From positions 104,656,001 to 104,720,000 of the forward strand of contig OZ038378.1 in NCBI GenBank assembly GCA_964036045.1: DNA of 64,000 nt, read 5' to 3'. Of the stretch, positions 56,736 to 64,000 are shown piece by piece (positions within the stretch are counted from its first letter, which is position 1; every line of letters starts with the position of its first letter). Below the pieces are notes generated by a model. That model did no database searches, was not told where the DNA came from, and worked only from the letters and a program-made list of their open reading frames with translations. This DNA is from Eutreptiella sp. 'Long Island Sound 2002' (Eukaryota; Protista; Euglenida). The translations under genes and the position numbers were made by a program.

Positions 56736-59700
56736 GTTTGCGGTTCCAGGTTTGAGGTTTAGGGTACTAGACGCCTCTCCTTCCCGGGGGGCCACTTGGT
56801 CAGGTCAGGTGATATCCTCACCATCGGGGCCTAGTGGGATGCCCCTCATGACACACCTCCTGCCTGGTGGCGGAGTCTATCGGGATGACAGGGTTCGGGT
56901 CCCTTTCTCTCCCAGGCTTCACCCTTTCGTCACTCCCTGGTCAGTCTGTTGCTTAGTATGTAGGTTACAGGCGCTTACCCACTACGTCCCCCCCTGATGC
57001 ATGGTCGCCTGGGGTGCTGGCGCTGCTGGGCCCGTGCTACAGGCTTGTTGCCACCAGGAGCCGCATGAGCTGGCGCAGAGGCTGTCTAGCCGCGGGGCTG
57101 GTGATTGATGCGTTGCACCACTACTGCCTTGGCGGGTCAAGTGCCCTGTTGGTGCGTGGGCGGCGCTCACGGCGGGTCAGGGGGGGTGGGGCCGGTGAAA
57201 GCTCTTGTTTTGGTCTCCCCCCCCTATCGCGCCCCCCGCGGCGCGTATAGCGGGTTGCCCCCTCCAGGTGTCCCTTGCCTTCGCCTGCTGGTACGCCTTT
57301 TGAGATGGTCTGCGAGTTCCGCCAGCCGGGTTCAGATGCCCCTCCGGTGCGCCATGTGCCCGTTGTGTAGGTGTCCACTCGGGCTCCTGCAACGTACGCG
57401 TCACCCTCCTCCCCCTGCCTTTTGGCGCCCGCATTTCGGTTGGTCCCTTCCCAGGGCGCTGGCAGGGCCGCTGCAGGTCGTCTGTGCCCCTCCCTGTTTC
57501 CTTTCTGGGACCCTGGCTCTGCCTGCCCAGTGTGGGGCGGGGATGGCCCGGTCCGTGTGTCTCACCGCCTGGCTTTCGGTCGCCTGCCTTCACGGGGGTG
57601 GGACCGTGTGGCCGGAGAAGCCCGTTGTCCGGTGTGGCCCGGCAGGGGTGGGGGCAACGGGGTTTGCCGGCTGGTTCTCGCCCAGCGGGGGGAGTGCTCG
57701 GCCAGGCCGCCGTGCTGCGCCTCGGCGTGTGCTGCAGCTTGCTCCTGCAGCCCAGGCGGGGCGTGGGGTGTTGTGGGCGGGGCGTGGGGGGTCACGGTGA
57801 CACCCCAGCATCCTGCGTCAAGCTGCTTTGCGCGGCCCGCGGGGGGGTATCTCAGCCATCTGTCTGCCCTTCCTGCACGAGCAAAAAGGCAATTTCTCAC
57901 TGCGTCATTCCGACCAAGGAGGGGACCTCCTCTATACTGCTCCTGTTAGTATCCGTGCGCTCTTTGGCGGTGCCTGGCAGCCGCCCAAGGGGAGCGTCCC
58001 TTGGCATGAATATTGTGTTTGCTCACCACGCCAACTGGTCGAGCGGCCCGTACAGCTGCCTGGAGGTGGCCACTGGGCCCTTGGAGCTCCCCTCTCTCAG
58101 CCGCGTCCCTGCGTCACGTCCCTGGCTTGCTGTCCCTCGCTGGAAGGTGTGGCAAACGTTGCTCGCCCGCAGCCATCTATGGGGCCTCCGGGCGTTCAGC
58201 CGATTTGCGTACAGCGGGCCTCCACTTTGGCGGGGCCCCAGGACCATCACTTGCCAGCATGCGTGCGCGTTGCAGCATAGAAGGTCATGGGTCGCAGAGT
58301 GGATTGGCGGTTAGGGGGGGTATGCTGCATGGATTAGTCTGGCCGGGTAGCCTGCGGTTGGAGACGGTGTGCGCCTGTTGTGAGCAGTGCGGGGTCCCTT
58401 GTCATGGCCATCGAGTTGACAGGGGGGCATCGTCCTGGTTCAGGGGTCAGCGGGTCAGCTATAGTCGGGGGCCCTCTGCTCCTGTTAGCAGCCTCATGGC
58501 GGGGGCTGGCCTGGTGCCGGCTCAGTCCACTGTGTACGCCACACGGCTCTGCAGGCCAGCCCCCCCCGCTGGTATCAGCCCCCTGCCCGCCTGTTGGGCC
58601 CCCACCAGCGAGGGGCCCTGTCCTCCCCCCCTCCGACTCCTCGGACCGCAGCAAGCTGCCGCGTTGGGACGCCCGCGGCCACAGACGCGTGCTCCATCTG
58701 AAGGCAGAGCGCTTGGGCATCCTGGTGCAGGACTGCCCCTGGAGAGGGCTGAAAGCCGCTCAGAACCGTGTGGAGCATGACGTTGGCGGCGGCGTTGGAC
58801 GCCGCGGCCAAGTCCACCATCCCGCCTGTCGCGGACGCAGAGGGCTTGCGGGCTGGCCGTGCCGAGGCGGTGCAGCATGCATGCCCCGTGGCGTGGTGCA
58901 ATGGTGCGCTGAGAGGTGCGGGTTTGCTGGCCCACCGCAGAGGGGGGCAGTGATCCCCCGCGGCCTGGGAGGGGCGATCTCCTGGCGTGCTGTGATGCGA
59001 TTGGGGTTACTAGCTTGTGTTCCCCTTGTCGCCAACCTGAGTGGTGTGGCGTGCCCAGTGCCTTGGTGTGTGCTCTTGTAGAGGGGACGGGGGAGCAGTG
59101 ATCTCCCCGCACTGGGCCGTTCTGTCGCAACAAGTGAACTGGCGGCAGCGCAGGCTACTGCCTCCGGGAACTGCGGTCCAGGGGCGGCAGTAGAGGGTCA
59201 CCCGGGCTACCCCCTCTTCCTTTTCTGGGGCCATCGCCGTGTGAAGTCCGTGCGGGCCGCGACTAGGGGGAAGGGGGAGTTAGATGGGTAGGATGACCCC
59301 TCTTCTGCCCATGCTGGGGCGTCCCGTGTCGCCGGTGCGTGGCTCGCCGGATAGATTTGGTTGCCCTGTTCGCCGCAAGTGTGCTGCTCATCGTGGCGTC
59401 ATCGCCGCGCCGTCCCTCAAGCGGGCCCCCCTTGACGGGCAGGGCGGGGGTCTCGCGGTGCTTCTCGTTGTGGTACGGTGGTGCAGAGTTTTGCCGGTCC
59501 GCCCAGGGGGGGGGAGCCGGTGGTCCGCATGGTAAGAACCAAGCGGCCGGGGTCAGGGACCGCAGTCTGAGGGAGTTCCCCCTCTCGGCCCCCTGATGCG
59601 TGAGCAATGAAGGGGGGCGGCACGTGCTTGCGCTGGGCGCGTCAGGGTTGGGGGGAGGATCCCTGTCCTGGTGCCGTACAACCCCCTGTCCTCTGTCTTT

Positions 59701-60547
59701 GCTGTCGAACGTCACAGGCACGGGTCAGGAAACCTTGAGTGGACAGGCTGTGCAGCTCCGCACCGGTGCAGGGGTGCTGGGCAGTGCGCGACGGCTTTGG
59801 CCCTCTTGTACTCCGCTCTGCAGGGCGCCTACGTTTCTGCGGGAGTTAGGTCTGTGGCGGTGGCCAGTTTCGCGGGCGGTGTTGCCAGTTAATGCGGGCA
59901 GCGGGGCTGCCCCTCAATGGCTTCTGTTTCCATGACGCAGAGCACCACCCCCCGCTCCAGAAAGGCCAGTCATCCCAACCCTCGGTCCAACCACCCTGCC
60001 GAAATAATGCCACGGAGAACCCTGTCGTGGTCCACCTGGGCCATCCAGCCCCCCGGGAGCACCTCACCGTACCGCCAATTTGACCAGAGGAACACGTAGA
60101 AAGAACGGTTTCTCTGGTACCTGAAGTGGCCACGTTCAGCACCTCCAGCACCACTGAGAGGGTCTTGCTCCTCAGGTCATTGCGGATGTCATCCCAGTCC
60201 CGCACTCAGGCATCCCCGGAGCCAGCATGTCGCGTGTCCCCCCCGCCCGCTGCCCCTTGCTGGCTCAGCTTGGCGCTCCCGCACCGCCGGAGCGGCGGCC
60301 ATCTGTGCGGATTCTGCCCGGCGTTCTTGCGCCGCTGGCGCGGTGGCCATCCGCACCGGTTCCGTCCGCGGCCCCCGTGCTGCAGGAGCAGGGTCGTGGC
60401 GGTGTTGGGGTTCGGAGGGGACCAGGGCCCTGAAAGAGGGGTCAATGTTGTACATGGGCTGGGGATGGTGGTGCTAGCTGTGGTTTGCTCGCATGCGCTA
60501 GATTCCGGGACGAGCAAGAGGAACCACCCTGGCGATCGAGGACTCAT

Positions 60548-60795
60548 CACCTAGCATTTTATGGGGTCCAAAAATCGCAAAACGAGCTACAGCAAAAATA
60601 CTACCTTTTTTGTCAAATTATACCATAAAGAGCTTAGTTTCCGGAGTTAGCCCCCCCCTCCCACCTTCCAAATTCAAAATGTTCCAGCCCGGAGATCGAC
60701 AATGCAGGCTTGATTCCATCTAAAATCGGCCGTATGCAAGAAATATGGCATTCACCACCTAGTTGCGAATAGCAGTTTTTGTACAGCTGAAACAA
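60548..60795. repeat. Inverted copy of the ~250-bp module at 12470-12717
   Basis: See the partner; CACCTAG occurs at 60548, ~60756 and 60796. Confidence 0.92.
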
Positions 60796-60802
60796 CACCT
60801 AG

Positions 60803-61750
60803 GAGCACTGCCCATTCCACGCATGGTGAATATTTTGGTCTATGTGGATTTTTTTGACCGACTCCGCTGCGAGACGTTTGTTTCATCAGGTTTGGCCGTG
60901 CTGGTAAGCCACTGACAGAGGTTGCTTCTGAAGGCCATACTGAGGCACTGGATACACCTTTTCCATCTTATGGGAAACATCAACTCTGACAGACACATCA
61001 TGTTCACGAGAGAGCAAGGCTGCTACCTGAAGGCATTCAGATTGATGGGTGCCGAAGTGAGCTTTGGCCAATCTTGCCGACCTCAAAGCAACAGACTCTT
61101 CGAGCGCATGAAAGATGAGTACAAGGGGACATTGAGGATCCTGAAGACATTGATCAAGTCATCAAATCAGGTGCTGTTGAAGGACTAAACCATGGTTCTT
61201 TTTAACAACAAATTACGGGGATTCTGGGTGTTTCGTGGAGTGAGCTGTTCCTTTCAGGGCCTACTTGGCGATGCTGTTACTGCCTGAAGGAGGCACCAAG
61301 TATACGCTCTGGTATGGACCTTATTTCATCGTTGGGACAACGGGCGCTGGCATAGTCGGGCATTGCAGCCTCACACTCGGCCGCGCAGTACCTGTAGCAC
61401 ATGAGTAGCTCAAACGCTATTCATTTGAATTGGTTGATGATCAAAATCCTGATGCTGAGGAAATTGAGATGGACACAACGGCAGGAAAAGATGAAGCAGC
61501 GGCGCTGGAAGATGAGGCTGACTTGGTCAAGAGCAAAGCTTACGTAACGCTTTATACCACGCGTGAGAAGAAGTCAGACAGCAACTACATCGTGGAACAG
61601 CATGTCAAGGCGAAGTATCGTCAAGCCTCGAGGTTCATGGCACAGTTGGTAGGGTACCCTGCTTCTGACGTTACTTGGAAGCCAATGAAGGCGTTTGTTC
61701 ATGCTGACAGAAAATTGAACGAGCTTTTTGTCCAGGTATCTTTTGCCTGA
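60803..61750 (+). pseudogene. Ty3/gypsy integrase core (uninterrupted) and C-terminal chromodomain
   Basis: QSNRLFERMKDEYKGTLRIL runs through the site filled in the other two copies; YIVEQHV...QLVGYPASDVTWKP fits the chromodomain pattern Y.VE.I...W.GY...TWEP. Confidence 0.82.
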
Positions 61751-62406
61751 GCACCAAAGTATGACACTGCTATGCGAGGTGCCGGAAGACTATGTCAAAA
61801 GTATATCGAAAAACAGGAGGTTATTCAAGGGAACACCTCTGAAATGCCACAGCAGGAAACAGCCTCCTCTCAGACTTCTTCTTCATCACGTAAAATGCCG
61901 CACCTCAGCCAGACTCCACAGCCGCGCCCGCAGAGCCAGCCTCTCAGTACTCCAAGGATGGAGCAGAAAGTACAAGCAAGCGAAGAAGGAAAGGTACAAA
62001 CCTCATGGGAGGTGAAAGAGGATTTATTTCCTCACGCAGAATCCCCCCTTGGATTCCTGTTTGGCAGTTAAGCAGAGGGGTGCACTTCTGAGGTCACTGC
62101 GACCACAAGCTACAACAAGGAGTTCTGGATAAGTACTCTAAGACTTGGTATGTTCTTGGGTTGTCCTGTTGTATCAATACCAAGGACAGCAAGCAGTCCA
62201 GGGTATTAAAGAGGTCCACAATTGATTGCAAAGTTCAAATAAGAACACGTGTGGTGCCTTGGTTGACAGCTGGCCCTCTGCAGGACCAGAGCAAGAGAGA
62301 TATCAAGGAGGCACTCGCTCGAAAGTGCCGGCCCTACACTTCCGGGCAAGGCAGCGCGAACGTCAACGATCATTAAGCTTTCCAAAAGCTCTAACCTCAC
62401 CGTAAC

Positions 62407-63263
62407 CCGGTTCGGACCCCCGTGGCCATGTTTGGGTCACTTGGGGTGTGTATCTATGGGCCGGCAAGCCGCCATTGGCTGATATCGTTCTCCTTCATCG
62501 GCCTGACCTAACCTGATGTGATAGTGTGATAGGCTTTGCCATTCAAGCTATGAGCGGCCACATTCAATAAAGAGGCGCCGCCGGCTGAGAGTTATATATC
62601 AAAATATCAGGAATCAACAGGGTTTTTTTATCATAATGTTTCCGTAATTTTTCAGCTATCTGTTCTGATTGTCAATGTATCGGCGACTGTCAGTTGGCCC
62701 ACAATTTTGCGGTAACCGATTGGTTAACTGTTATTTCCAGATATTTTAGCGGAAACCCCGATGAAGGGTCAGATTTCATCAGAAAAGAGTTTGTTGCTTC
62801 CGCAATTTACATGTTATATACTCGCAAAATCAATCCTATTTTTTCAGACATTCAGAATCGGATCTTCAGTTTCGAGGTCGCCGCACTGGATATGATGAAT
62901 TTCGGATGGTCCTACATTTTTCCCCGATCACGAATCAACCTTCCTTTTGTTATCTTTTTCATTTTTCTTGGAGATATAGGCGAAACAAAATTGATTCGTG
63001 AGACCACTTTGAAAAATCATAACCCCGGCTCATCGCGAGGAATTCCAATTTTGAGATTCTGGTTAGAACTACCTTGGTCTTCACTTAATTCAGAAGGCGT
63101 CAAACGCCCTTGGTATGCACACCTGCCAGTGGTATTTAAAGGATCATGGTCAAGAGGGTAGAAAGTTCTTTACAACTCCTGGACCATGAAAACGAATATT
63201 TTAATATGGGTTTCGAGCGTACTGCACGAGTGTTGGTGTTGCATAGAAACTTTTTTTTGGGTT
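62407..63263. repeat. Right, inverted copy of the ~860-bp repeat at 1-855
   Basis: See the partner; the similarity may continue beyond 63263, but the left copy leaves the window. Confidence 0.9.
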
Positions 63264-64000
63264 CCTACGTATTTTTAACGTGACGTTATGTCCATGGAGT
63301 GACATGGCATACGGTGGTGGGAGCCACTTTTAAGGGTATGTGTTATATGGATGGTATGTGCTTCGTTATGCTCACGCCCATGTTATATATCTCCGTTTGT
63401 AGGAAGATATGTGGAGTCATATGTGGCAGGGGCTTTGCCCATGTCCTGCTGGTGTGCTCCATAGCGCTAGGTTAGGGCTAGACTAAGTCTACCGCACATA
63501 TAGTGCATGTAGAAAGGCTTACAGAGCGACCCACAAGCGCCACTATCAATTTTCCCATTTTCATGGTGCGTGTCGTGAGGAGGTTCGAAGGTGTCCCTAT
63601 GCGTCCATGTGGGGATCCAAGTGGAGAATTGTTCACAAATGATTCCAAGCAATAGTGTGTTGAACAATATGTTGATACCGTGGGTGAGCGAAGTTTCATA
63701 CTTTTGTGATTACTTTGAAGTTGGCAATATTTGCATGTTTTTGACCTCATTTTATGCTCATTTTTGTATTTTATGTGCTCAACTGGTCCATTACCAGTAA
63801 AGTGCTTAGAGATCTGTGAACTATGGTATGTTGCCTAAGTGTTGGCATATGCTTCGGTGTTGCACCTCACCATATGCCAGATCACGTGATCACTTTGGCG
63901 TGGCACACGAGGCCTCACAAAATTAGGTCTCAAATTCGTGAGTTGACTTGTGAAGCATGGCCCGTGTATATCCGGAGGGGTTTGGGAGCCAATGTTGGGA

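Noticed and set aside
62694-63161. 155-aa ORF as a transposase or gene
   Set aside because: It lies in the outer repeat, is not preserved in the inverted copy at 1-855, and has no catalytic motifs.

Overview
This window is GC-rich eukaryotic repeat DNA made almost entirely of nested, mostly decayed transposable elements and satellites. No intact host protein-coding gene, rRNA, complete tRNA, CRISPR array or prokaryotic operon was recognised. Recognisable parts: (1) a ~10 kb non-LTR retrotransposon (AP endonuclease, RT, RNase H, zinc knuckle, long disordered C-terminus) interrupted by an internally deleted LTR element whose LTR carries a tRNA-Pro-like segment; (2) a very young 2.17 kb non-coding LTR element (729-bp LTRs, CTAG target-site duplication) whose primer-binding position is an exact 11-nt complement of its own LTR, suggesting Tf1-type self-priming; (3) a gag-like remnant behind an initiator-Met PBS; (4) pogo/DDE_1 transposase remnants; (5) a Ty3/gypsy chromovirus pol split into three pieces; (6) satellites with units of ~60, 65, ~185 and ~209 bp, several embedded in modular composite repeats ending in LINE-like microsatellite tails; (7) tandem duplications of ~9.0 kb and ~4.4 kb; and (8) two nested inverted repeat pairs near the window ends. 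Most long Cys/Val-rich or His/Thr/Pro-rich ORFs in the track are artefacts of strand-biased repeats. The source organism cannot be determined from the sequence; a large-genome protist is a guess. Alignments were made by eye, so boundaries are approximate unless exact motifs are quoted.
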